Assembly: GCF_028641065.1 (NCBI RefSeq)
Contig: NC_073411.1
Span: forward strand, 7,378,001 to 7,442,000
DNA: 64,000 nt
Direction: 5' to 3'
Source of the DNA: Leucoraja erinacea
Lineage: Eukaryota
Positions within the stretch are counted from its first letter, which is position 1; each line of letters opens with the position of its first letter. Below, piece after piece: positions 52,975 to 64,000 of the stretch. The notes under the pieces are model-generated. The model saw only the letters and a list, made by a program, of their open reading frames with translations. It was not told where the DNA came from and did not search any database. Made by a program: the position numbers and the translations under genes.

Positions 52975-53915
52975 TACTTGGCTTGTACTCGCTAGAATTT
53001 AGAAGATTGAGGGGGGATCTTATAGAAACGTACAAAATTCTTAAGGGGTTGGACAGGCTAGATGCAGGAAGATTGTTCCCGATGTTGGGGAAGTCTAGGA
53101 CAAGGGGGAAATCTTTTAGGACCAAGATGCTGCTGACATACTGCATTACGGCATGGTATGGCAGCTGCACCATGGCAGACAGGGAGAGGCTTCAGAGGGT
53201 AACTAGGACAGCGCAGAAGATCATTGGTTGCCCTCTCCCCTCCCTGATGGATATCTACACCTCCCGCTGCCTTAGCAGGGCAAAGAATATCATCAAAGAC
53301 AGCTCCCATCCTGCGTTTGGACTGTTCGACCTGCTGCCCTCTGGAAGGTGCTATAGGTGCATCAAATCCAGGACAAATAGACTCAGAAATAGTTGCTTTC
53401 CGAAAATTATAACTACTCTTAATTCAAATTCACACTTGCACTGACTTCACAGCCCAACACCCGGACTTCCATCTGTATATATGTATATATGTATATAGCA
53501 CCGCAGAATTGTGCACCTATCGCCCCCCCTTCTCCCTTCTGTTTTTTGTTTTTCTGTTTCTTGTTTTTTGTACTAAATTATATGTATGCACTGAGTACGA
53601 GCAGCTTTCAATTTCACTGTACATGTATAGTGACAATAAATGGCATATCTATATATCTATCTATATCTATGAGAAAAACATTTTTCACACAGGTGAATCT
53701 CTGGAATTCTCCGCCACAGAAGGTAGTTGAGGCCAGATCATTGGCTATATTTAAGAGGGAGTTAGATGTGGCCCTTGTGGCTAAAGGTTTCAGGGGGTAT
53801 GGAGAGAAGGCAGGTACAGGATACTGAGTTGGATGATCAGCCATGATCATATTGAATGGCGGTGCAGGCTCGAAGGGCCGAATGGCCTACTCCTGCACCT
53901 ATTTTCTATGTTTCT
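52975..53915 (+). mobile_element. CR1 3' fragment interrupted by a Rex1/Babar 3' fragment (~53125-53668)
   Basis: LGLYSLEFRRLRGDLIETYKILKG (CR1) switches to LLTYCITAWYGSCT..DRERLQRV.RTAQKIIG..LPS...HPAFGLFDLLPSGR (Rex1) with an (ATCT)n tail, then CR1 resumes. Confidence 0.85.
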
Positions 53916-54019
53916 AAATGAACGGAAAGGGAGAGCAAAGAGGCCCAGATCTGTTAAGTAACAGTTCGCAAAAACCTTGCACTTTGCTTAACGCTTGGAT
54001 AGCTGAGAATGTGAAACAA

Positions 54020-54270
54020 ACGCCCACTTCCTTATCAAGGACTTTCAAAACTGTATTTGCTTTGCAACCTCAGCAAGCCATGCAACTGGCGCACCTGTCC
54101 TCATGAAACTGAAAAAAAGAGCTGTCAGAGTGGGAGAAGCTAGATTGTGCCCAACCTCCAGCAAGGTTTCTTTAACAATATATGAACTGAAACACAGGGT
54201 GCACCGTCCTTGCTTGCTTGCGCGGGCTGGGCTTGCGTCTGGTCACGGAAGAGTTGTACAGGAACAAGGA
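54020..54270 (+). promoter_or_regulatory. Putative ARHGAP25 promoter with ETS/GATA and IRF motifs
   Basis: Unique sequence upstream of exon 1 containing CACTTCCTTATC (54025-54036; overlapping ETS and GATA) and GAAACTGAAA (54105-54114; ISRE-like). Confidence 0.45.
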
Positions 54271-54383
54271 TGTGGGCTGGCAGACAACTGCACAGGCTGA
54301 GACAGGGACTTGCCCTAACCGAGGAGAAGAGCGTGCACTTTGAAGACAAGCTATCTCCTCCGCGCTTTCCGAAGAGGGAGATC

Positions 54384-54447
54384 ATGTCACTGAAGTTGCC
54401 GCGGAACGTCTGGGATTTCAACCTTAAAACAGATTCTGCACGAATAG
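54384..54447 (+). CDS. ARHGAP25: ARHGAP25 (Rho GTPase-activating protein 25) first coding exon
   Basis: ATCATGT start encodes MSLKLPRNVWDFNLKTDSARI, then a phase-1 donor G|GTATGG. This matches the recalled human ARHGAP25 N-terminus MSLKLPRNWDFNLKVEAAKI. Exon 2 (PH domain) was not found before 64000. Confidence 0.85.
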
Positions 54448-57400
54448 GTATGGCGGGGGCATAAGCCTGGTCTGTTAACCCATTAAACATTTCCTCCTCT
54501 CTAAATAGTTTGGTCCACGACTGAGACTCTAGTGGGATCACTCTCATGTTGCAGTTTATGCGTTTATCTGGTTTCGTGACTTAGATGAGATAGTGAGATT
54601 GGGGGGGAGAGAGGGGAAGTGTCACAATTCAACAAATGTTGTATTGTAGTGTAGTGCAGACACCAGGAGTCAAAGTGGAGGGAATTAGTGACAAAATGGC
54701 ACATGTCTAGATATTCCCAGGGATCTGTTGGTAATAGACCGATAGAGAGGTTAACTGGAGAGTTTGTGCGATTCACAACGTTAGGCACGCAGCAAGGTAT
54801 TATATTTAACTGGGATAGACACAAAATGCTGGAGTAACTCAGCGGGTCAGGCAACACCTCTGGAGAAAAGGAATAGGTGATGTTTCGGGTCTTTGAAGAA
54901 GTTATCTTTCTCCCTCCGATGCCTTTTCAACAGAGATGTTACCTGACCCGCTGGGTTACTCCAACATTTTGTGTCGAAATTCGGTGTAAACCAGCATCTG
55001 CAGTTCCTTCCTACATATTCTACTGCGTGTTGGTTTATTAATCTTCATGCTTCTCTGATGCACAGTATTCCGTGGAGCAATGTATGACAATTGCTTGTAA
55101 CAATTAAAATATATTTCAATTTTGCCTTTACATCACAAGGATCTGAACTGTAGACCGTGTGCGAGCTTTGGGGGAAATTAAATCTAGTTGCAACAATATC
55201 TGCTGAGAGTAGGATTGGATCAGTGACCTACTTAATGTTACTCAGAATGGCGGTTGCATCATGTGAAATGACTTTGCTGCTGCAGTATTTCACTCATTTG
55301 GATATTCCTGTCGATGGGCTTTTTGTATATGTAACATTTGCACTGAATCTCCTGCTGTGGTGGTACATACTGATGGTCTGAAGGAACAGGCTGATCTGTC
55401 AGTTTTAACCAGAGAGTTAAATATTACAGTGCATTATACAGAATCCATTTCTCTTCCAATTTATATCTGTCTTCAAATCCCTCTTCATTTCACTGTCCAA
55501 CTTCTTTGCTCTTTCATTCACTGGGGTCTTGTTGATTATCATTTCCTTCCTAAATTTCTCTTTCACGTCTTGGTCTTCACAAAACATCTCAAATCAGCTC
55601 ATTAACAAAACATCTCAAATAGCCACAAGGGCCACATCTAACTCCCTCTTAAATATAGCCGTTGAGGCCAGTTCGTTGGCTATATTTAAGAGGGAGTTAG
55701 ATGTGGCCCTTGTGGCTGAAGGGAAGGCAGGTACGGGATACTGAGTTGGATGATCAGCCATGATCATATTGAATGGCGGTGCAGGCTTGAAGGGCTGAAT
55801 GGCCTACTCCTGCATCTATTTTCTATGTTTCTATGTTTCTATTATCAAGAACTTTGGTCCCTGTCTCATAAACCCTTATTTCCCTGCTTGCTGTACACTT
55901 TCTTACCATTGATGTTTTGACATGGTCCATAGGAATTAAGAGCCCAGGTATTCCCGGGATGGTAGTATGGTCATATGCTGAAAGAATGGAGCGGCTGGGC
56001 TTGTACACTCTGGAGTTTAGATGGATGAGAGGGGATCTTATTGAAACATATAAGATTATAGAAACATAGAAATTAGGTGCAGGAGTAGGCCATTCGGCCC
56101 TTCGAGCCTGCACCGCCATTTAATATGATCATGGCTGATCATCCAACTCAGTATCCCGTACCTGCCTTCTCTCCATACCCTCTGATCCCCTTGGCCACAA
56201 GGGCCACATCTAACTCCCTCTTAAATATAGCCAATGAACTGGCCTCAACTACCCTCTGTGGCAGAGAGTTCCAGAGATTCACCACTCTCTGTGTGATAAA
56301 ATGTTCTCCTCATCTCGGTTTTAAAGGATTTCCCCCTTATCCTTAAGCTGTGACCCTTAAGCTGATTATTAAGGGTTTGGACACGATAGAGGCAAGAAAC
56401 ATATTCCCGATGTTGGGGAGTCCAGAACCAGGGGCCACAGTTTACGAATAAGGGGGTAAGCCATTTAGAACGGAGACGAGGAAGCACTTTTTCTTACAGA
56501 GAGTGGTGAATCTGTGGAATTCTCTGCCTCAGAGAGCGGTGGAGGCCATTTCTCTGGATGCTTTCAAGAGAGAGCTAGATAGGGCTCTTAAAGATAGCAG
56601 AGTCAGGGGATAAGGGGAGAAGGCAGGAACGGGGTACTGAATGGGGATGATCAGCCATGATCACATTGAATGGCGGTGCTGGCTCAAAGGGCCGAATGGC
56701 CTGCTCCTGCACCTATTGTCTATTGTTGCTTGCTTTAGTGACCACCCTCTATGATGTATCAATCCACGATACTATGAGATTGGTGTCATGCAGTCATATA
56801 GAACAGAAACACTCTATATAACCCATCCTGTCCATGCCAGCAATCAAGTAACCATTGATACTAATCCTATTTACCAGGACTCAGTCTGTAGCCCTCTATG
56901 CCATAACATTTCAAGTGCCTAGATTATTTGTGCCTAGAGTATTTGTAAATGTGACAGTCTCTGCCTCCAACACCCCTTCTTGCAGTGAAATCCAAACTCC
57001 AACCATCCTCTAATGGAAGGACATCTTGTGTTTATCACGTCTGAACCACCTAGGCCTTACTTTAAAATCGTGCCCTCTGGTTACGCCATTGGGGAAACAT
57101 TTATGACTGCCAATCCTATCAACTCGCTTTGAAATTTTGTGTGCCTTCATTATATTTTATAATATTGTATAACATTCTGCAAAGTTCATGATCAAGACTC
57201 AAGGCATCAAAAGGGTTTGTTGGCAGCAATTCAGTGCAAATTCTGGAACAATTCCTCTTTCATGGTTCATCGTTGGGCACATACATGTTCACTCTGATTT
57301 AACAAGTACCAGTGCCATCTCCCAGGTAAGTAACACTGCGTAACAAAGCACCCATCATAAATATTAATAATATGCTATCACAGTATATTATGCAGAGTGG

Positions 57401-58499
57401 TGCAGTGGGATGGTAGCTGCCTTGCAGCATCAGAGACCCGGGTTCGATCTAGACTATGGGTGCTGTCTATATAAAGTTTATATGTTCTCCCTGTGACCAG
57501 GAATGTTACAACACATGGCATTAACTGCAACAACACCATGGGCAAAGCACCTTCAGCAATAATGAAATGCATGGAATGTACTGCATGTGTCAACCACAGT
57601 ATATTGACTATTATTTAACTTATGCTGCTGTGTCTGATATGTACAATGTGCTGGTCAATATAATCTCAATATGATTGTGATCGAGATGTGGCCCAACACC
57701 CTAAGACATGACATCCATTGTCAGAAGAGGATTATTCCAATTCTACAAAAAAAAAGAATATTTAAGAGGTGATAGTGATGAAATGTATGTACTACAGGAC
57801 AGTGATGCAGAAATAATACTTTAACATATTTGAAAGTACTTTATTGTCAGCAATGTAATGTTTGGTGAGTAATAACAAGATATAAGTTCCAACTCTCTCA
57901 CAGTAACTGAAGAATTTAACTTCAAGGCAGAGACAGGGTAGACAGTCTGAACCTTTTTATCCAGGGTGGAAATGACTATGCATAGCTTCAAGAACAGAGT
58001 GGGAATTTTAAAAGGGACATGTTTATTTTACATTGAGGGTGGTGGGTGCCTGGAACATGCTGCTGGGGTAGTGGTGGAGGCAGGTTTGATAGTGGTGTTT
58101 AAGAGAGTTTTGGATAGGCACATGGACATGCATTGAATGGAAGGATACGGATCAAGTGATTAGATTAGATTAGATTAGATTCGTTTATTGTCATTCAGAC
58201 CATTCGGTCTGAACGAAATTCTGTTTCCCTGCAGTCATACATATAATTTAAAAAAAATGACAAAACACATAGTCAACACAAATTTAACATCCACCACAGT
58301 GAGTTCACCAAACACCTCATCACTGTGGTGGAAGGCAAAATCTTAAAGTCTCTGTCTAAGTGGAGCAGGTAGAGTGGACCAGTTCAATTTGGCTTCATGT
58401 TTCGCATAGACATTGTGGGCTTAAGGGCCTGTTCCTGGGCTACACTCTTATATGTTTTGTCCAGAAGTACGGTGGGGTTGTGGTACAGTTGCTGCCTAA

Positions 58500-58723
58500 A
58501 GCCCCTGCCCCACTTAGGAAACCTCTGGCGACTTTGTGCCCCACCCAAGGTTTCCGTGCGGTTCCTGGAGGTTGCAGGTGGTTGCCGGAGGTTGCAGGTA
58601 GTGGAAGCAGGTAGGGAGACCGACGAAAACCTCCGGGAACCTCTGGGAACCGCACGGAAACCTTGGGTGGGGCGCCAAGTCTCCAGAGGTTTCCGTTCAG
58701 GTTTCCTAAGTGGGACAGGGGCA
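58500..58723. mobile_element. PIF/Harbinger-like MITE nested in a V-SINE
   Basis: TIRs GCCCCTGCCCCACTTAGGAAACCT / AGGTTTCCTAAGTGGGACAGGGGC with TAA/TTA flanks; the host SINE continues on both sides (58468-59000). Confidence 0.7.
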
Positions 58724-60957
58724 TTAGAATGCCACAGACCTGGGTTGATCTTGACAACGGGTGTTGTCTATACGGAGTTTGTACGTTCTCCCCGTGACCT
58801 GCGTGAGTTTTCTCCTGGAGCTCCGGTTTCCGTCCACACTCAGAAGACGTACAGGTTTGTAGGTTAATTGGCTTGGTATAAATGTAAATAGTCCCTGGTG
58901 AGTGTAGGATAGCGTTAGTGTGCGGGGATCGCTGGTCGGTGCAGATTTGGTGCGCCTAAGGGCCTGTTTCCGCACCGTATCTCCACACTAATTTAAACTA
59001 AAGTAATGAAATGTGATTCTTGGATGAGTGGATTTAACCGTCTATTTTAGGAAGTCAGTGAGCCTGCTTGTGTGTGAGTCATATCACTAAAATTCAGATG
59101 GTTTTCTAATAGTGATTTTGTAATATCGCTAGGAACCGTTCGTCTGAGTCATGTTGTTTTCAGATCTCAGCGTACAAAGCGAACATTGATTGGCTGAATG
59201 CTGTGACAGGATGTGGGTTGACGATAAGGCTGCAGTGTTAAAGGAAACACCAGAGCACAACGAGAAGTGTGTCCATTTTCCCATGCCGCCCAGCTGACCA
59301 ATGTGATTCAGCGGCTGATGCGATTAGATGCCAATAAAGGCTTGATGAGCAAAGGGATGAGGAATTACTGGGCACAGTGTGAAATGAGCGGTGATAATCA
59401 GATCACACCAGGATCACAACTGGTGATTGATTGTGGACAATCAATGAACACACTGTGTACACACGGACAATCAGATCACAAAAGGACGGCACAGTGGCAT
59501 GGTGGTAGAGCTACTGCCTTACAGCGCCAGAGACCAGGGTTCGATCCTGAGTACGGGTGCTTGACTGTACAGCGTTTGTACGTTCTCCCCGTAACCTGCA
59601 TTTTAGAAACATAGAAACATAGAAAATAGGTGCAGGAGTAGGCCATTCGGCCCTTCGAGCCTGCACCACCATTCAATATGATCATGGCTGATCATCCAAC
59701 TCAGTATCCTGTACCTGCCTTCTCTCCATACCCCCTGATACCTTTAGCCACAAGAGCCACATCTAACTCCCTCTTAAATACAGCCAATGAACTGGCCTCA
59801 ACTACCTTCTGTGGCAGAGAATTCCACAGATTCACCATTCTCTGTGTGAAAAATGTTTTTCTCATCTCAGTCCTAAAAGATTTCCACCTTATCCTTAAAC
59901 TGTGACCCTTGTTCTGGACTTCCCCAACATCGGGAACAATCTTCCTGCATCTAGCCTGTCCAACCCGTTAAGAATTTTGTACGTTTCTATTAGATTCCCC
60001 CTCAATCTTCTAAATTCTAGCGAGTACAAGCCGAGTCTATCCAGTCTTTCTTCATATGAAAGTCCTGACATCCTTACAGCGCCAGAGACCTGGGTTCAAT
60101 CCTGAGCATGGGTGATTGGCTGTATGTAGTTTGTACGTTCTCCATGTGACCTGCATTGGTTTTCTCCAAGATCTTCGGTTTCCTCCCACACTCCAAAGCG
60201 TACAGGCTTGTTGGTTAATTGGCTTGGTATGAATGTAAAACAAATGTTTAAAAACATGTAAAAATTGTCCCTCATGTGTATAGGATAGTGTTGGTGTGGG
60301 GATCGTTGATCGGTGGGGACTCAGTGGGCCGGGCCTGTTTCTGCACTGTATCTCTAAATGGAACTAAACTAAACACACAATCAATTAATTTGCAGAGCAA
60401 GTTCCAGAGGTTGAGAAGCCAACTGGCCTCTTCCTGTTCCTAATTTATATATATATCAACAAATAGTATACATGTATTCAAAGGGGAACAAAAAGCCCCT
60501 GAACTGAATTCTACTTCTTATGTTGATACAACTTTAGTTTAGTTTAGAGACACAGCACGGAACAGGCCCTTTACCCACCGAGTCCGCACACTAACACTAT
60601 CCTGCGTACACTAGGGACAATTTACAATGTTACCGAGCCAATTAGCCGACAAACCTGTATGTCTTTAGATTGTGGGAGGAAAACGCAGCACCCGGAGAAA
60701 ATCCATGCAGGCCACGGGGAGAACGTACAAACTCCATACAGACAGCGCCCGTATTCGGGTTCAAACTTTGGTCTCTGGTGCTGTAAGGCAGCAACTCTAC
60801 TGCTGCACCACCGTGTGGTCCATACTTAGTGGGTAAAATTCAAAACAGAACGTTTTCAGATGTCTAGAAATCTACTTGGTTTCGGCCCGAAAAGCTGCCT
60901 ATTTCCTTCGCTCTCTCACAGGAGTATCTGGAACATTGAATCTAAAACAAAGGAATT

Positions 60958-61180
60958 AAGGTAGACAAAAGTGCTGGAGAAACTCAGCGGGTGCAGCAGC
61001 ATCTATGGAGCAAAGGAAATAGGCAAAGTTTCGGGCCGAAACCCTTCTTTAGACGAAGAAAGGTTTTGGCCCGAAACGTTGCCTATTTCCTTCGCTCCAT
61101 AGATGCTGCTGCACCCGCTGAGTTTCTCCAGCACTTCTGTCTACCTTCGATTTTCCAGCATCTGCAGTTCCTTCTTAAAT
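60958..61180. mobile_element. Near-perfect palindromic PLE-derived mini-element
   Basis: AAGGTAGACAAAAGTGCTGGAG...CTCCAGCACTTCTGTCTACCTT arms (~90 bp) plus a ~30-nt tail. Confidence 0.85.
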
Positions 61181-63734
61181 AACGGAGATGAGGAGTTTCG
61201 TTAGCCAGAGGGTGGCGAATCTGTGGAATTCATTGTGACAGAATGCTGTGGAGGCCAAGTCATTGGGTAACTATTAAGGTGGAGGTTGACAGATACTTGA
61301 TTGGTAAGGGGGATGTTTGTGATGGGGAGAAGGCAAGAGAATGGGGTTGAGAGGGAAAGATAGATCAGCCATGATCTAGTGATGGGCCGAATGGCCTAAA
61401 GCTTCTCCTAGAACTTATGAACTTATGCGGGAGGAAACCGGATCACCCGGAGAAAACCCACGTGGTCACAGAGAGAAGGTACAAACTCCGGGTGGACAAG
61501 AACCCGTAGACAGGATCGGGTCTCTGCCACTGTGAGGCGACAAGCCTATCTCACCGCCACTGTGCCTTCCTGTGAAAAGGGAAGAGAAACAAATGCTCCC
61601 TAAAAGAGGAAGTCTCACCTTCAAGAAACAAAATACATGGTGTATTTCGAGTAGTGAAAGAAGTCCCCATTTAAAGACATTTTTAAAAAAGCCCACATTT
61701 TGCCCTCGTGCAGCTATTTCTGAATGCAAATGAAAGATTCCAACGTGTATATTTTAACTGTGGACACCATCCAACACATGGGGGAAGTGACTGGGTGCTG
61801 CAGGAGAGATGAATGCATTACCTGCACCCAGAAATCCAACTAAATGAAAGACACTTAATATCTAGATATGACAATCTGTAGCACAAGGATGTAGCGTGTT
61901 GACAGCAACTTCCTGATCTCAACTTCCTGCTGTGGTTGAGTGATCACAGCCGTAACTGGGGTTTACTAAGATGAGGGTTATCGGCACATTGGCTGCGCGC
62001 TTCTCTGGAGGAATATTCTGGTGGGAGAGCAAAGCAAATGCCTTGCATTCTTCGTGTCAGCCTCTTGTATAAGATGCGGACACCCATAGTGTCAGGAGCC
62101 ACTGATACCATTTAAAAAAAATCTGACTAATACCATCACAGATCTGTACCAGTCTTGCAGGTGCAGGAAATATGTAATCAGAGGTGGTGATAGAAAAGTC
62201 AAGAGCAATTTTTTTTAAAACCTTGAAAGACAATAAAAATAGAATGCATTTTTAGAATACATTTCACAGCATCACGAAATTCCAAAGTGCTTTGAAGCCA
62301 GTGAAGAACGTCTTGTCGTCTTTATAAAGTGGGAAACATGGCAGCTGAATTCCCCAAAGTCCAGTTTCAATGATAGCAACGTAATGATCAGATTATCTGC
62401 CTCGGTTGTTGGTTAAAAGAATCAGTCTGAAGAAGGGTCCCGACCCGAAACGGCACCTATCCATGTTTAGGAATAAGGGATAAGCCATTTAGAACGGAGA
62501 CGAGGAAACACTTTTTCTCACAGAGAGTTGTGTGTGTGTGGAATTCTCTGCCTCAGAGGGCGGTGGAGGCCGGTTCTCTGGATGCTTTCAAGAGAGAGCT
62601 GGATAGGGCTCTTAAAGATAGCGGAGTCAGGGGATATGGGGAAAAGGCAGGAACGGGGTACTGATTGGGGATGATCAGCCATGATCACATTGAATGTTGG
62701 TGCTGGCTTGAAGGGCCGAATGGCCTACTCCTGCACCTATTGTCTATTGTTTATTGTCTATTGTCTATCGGAAGGAACTGCAGATGCTGCTTTAACCCGA
62801 AAATTAACACAAAAAAGCTGGAGTAACTCAACGGGACAGGCAGCATCTCTGGATAGAAGGAATGGGTGACGTTTCGGGTCGAGACCTTCTTCCTATGATC
62901 CATGTTAACCAGGGATGCTGCCTGACCCGATGAATTACTCCATCATTGTGTGCCTTTCCTTTCCCATAACACAAAATAGATATAACGCGGATGATGACTT
63001 CTGTCACAATCAGTCCGAAGAAGTGTCTCGACCTGAAATGTCACCTATCCAAAGCATTTATTCAAAGCATTTGAAAATACCTGGTGAAATTTTCCAGCTT
63101 TTTAGTTTAGTTTAGTTCAGAGATACAGCATGAAACCAGACTGCTCTGCATAAGGTAGACAAAAGTGCTGGAGAAACTCAGCGGGTGCAGCAGCATCTAC
63201 GGAGTGAAGGAAATAGGAAACGTTGCCTATTTCCTTCGCTGCTCTGCATAAGGAATGCATAGGAAGGAACTGCAGGTGCTGGTTTAATCCCAAGATAGAC
63301 ACGAAATGCTGGAGTAACTCAGCCGGACAGGCAGCATCTCTGGAGAGAAGGAATGGGAGATGTTTTGGGTCGAGACCCTTCTTCAGCACAAGGGGTCCCT
63401 CGCTGACAACCGATCGCCTGTTCACACTAGTTCTATGTTATCCCACTTTCTTAACCCCTCCTTACATACTATGGGAAGCCAATTAACCTACACATCAAAG
63501 CCGGAGGAAACTCCGCGCATACACAGGGAGAACGTGCAAACTCCACACAGGCAGAAGCCGGGGTCAGTATCGAACCTGTGTCTCTAGCGCCATGAGGCAG
63601 CAGCTTTACCCGCTGCGCCACTGTGCACCGTTGCAGACTCAATGGGTGCAGAGGAGCCTGTGGATAATTGAATAGGCCTCACGAAGGCACAGTCTTTGAA
63701 TGCTTATCCTTTTCATTATTTCTGATTCATTGCG

Positions 63735-63915
63735 ATCGCGCCTCTGTGGTTGCAGCTCCCAGACTGTGGAACAGCATCCCTCTTCCCATCAGAACTGCCC
63801 CCTCCATCAACTCCTTTAAGCCGAGACTTAAAACCCATCTTTACTCTCAAGCCTTTCTTGACGTCCTCTGAGTGAGGGCTATATGTATGTATTTATGTAT
63901 GTACTTAATCTATGA
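63735..63915 (+). mobile_element. L2 LINE 3' end
   Basis: DRASVVAAPRLWNSIPLPIRTAPSINSFKPRLKTHLYSQAF is a typical L2 ORF2 C-terminus; a CR1 fragment starts at ~63920. Confidence 0.8.
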
Positions 63916-64000
63916 TTGATTCCTGGGATGTCAGGACTGTCTTATGAAGAAAGACTGGATAGACTTGGTTTATACTCTCTAGAATTTAGGAGATTGAGGG

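Noticed and set aside
52779-53444. 221-aa ORF
   Set aside because: A chance in-frame chimera of a CR1 fragment and a nested Rex1 fragment.
57188-57331. 46-codon ORF ending at a perfect CAG|GTAAGT donor
   Set aside because: Phase 0 is incompatible with the phase-1 ARHGAP25 exon 1/2 junction and there is no recognisable homology. A non-coding exon cannot be excluded.

Overview
Vertebrate genomic DNA, most likely a cartilaginous fish (skate/ray), inferred from the V-SINE/HE1-like, CR1 and Penelope-type repeat landscape. Three protein-coding genes are present. PCNA lies on the minus strand (coding exons 1-5, 9173->768); its last exon is left of the window. CDS2 (phosphatidate cytidylyltransferase 2) lies head-to-head with it on the plus strand and is complete: 13 exons, 12505-40015, 434 aa, probably with a ~6.3 kb 3' UTR. 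The first coding exon of ARHGAP25 is at 54384-54447. All exon boundaries were read by hand, are GT-AG and keep the frame. The rest is dominated by transposon debris. The most interesting non-genic signal is a Neptune-type Penelope-like element whose 3' repeat carries a minimal hammerhead-ribozyme core. Many short, often palindromic derivatives of that repeat occur across the window, several with target-site duplications and two inside the probable CDS2 3' UTR. Other notable items: a minisatellite and a 1.5 kb C-rich tract flanking CDS2 exon 1, an E2F/CRE module in PCNA intron 1, a PPT-LTR-PBS junction, a DNA transposon with a 7-bp TSD, and CDS2-ARHGAP25 adjacency with no PROKR gene between them. 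No database searches were run; family assignments rest on recalled motifs, and repeat coordinates are approximate.
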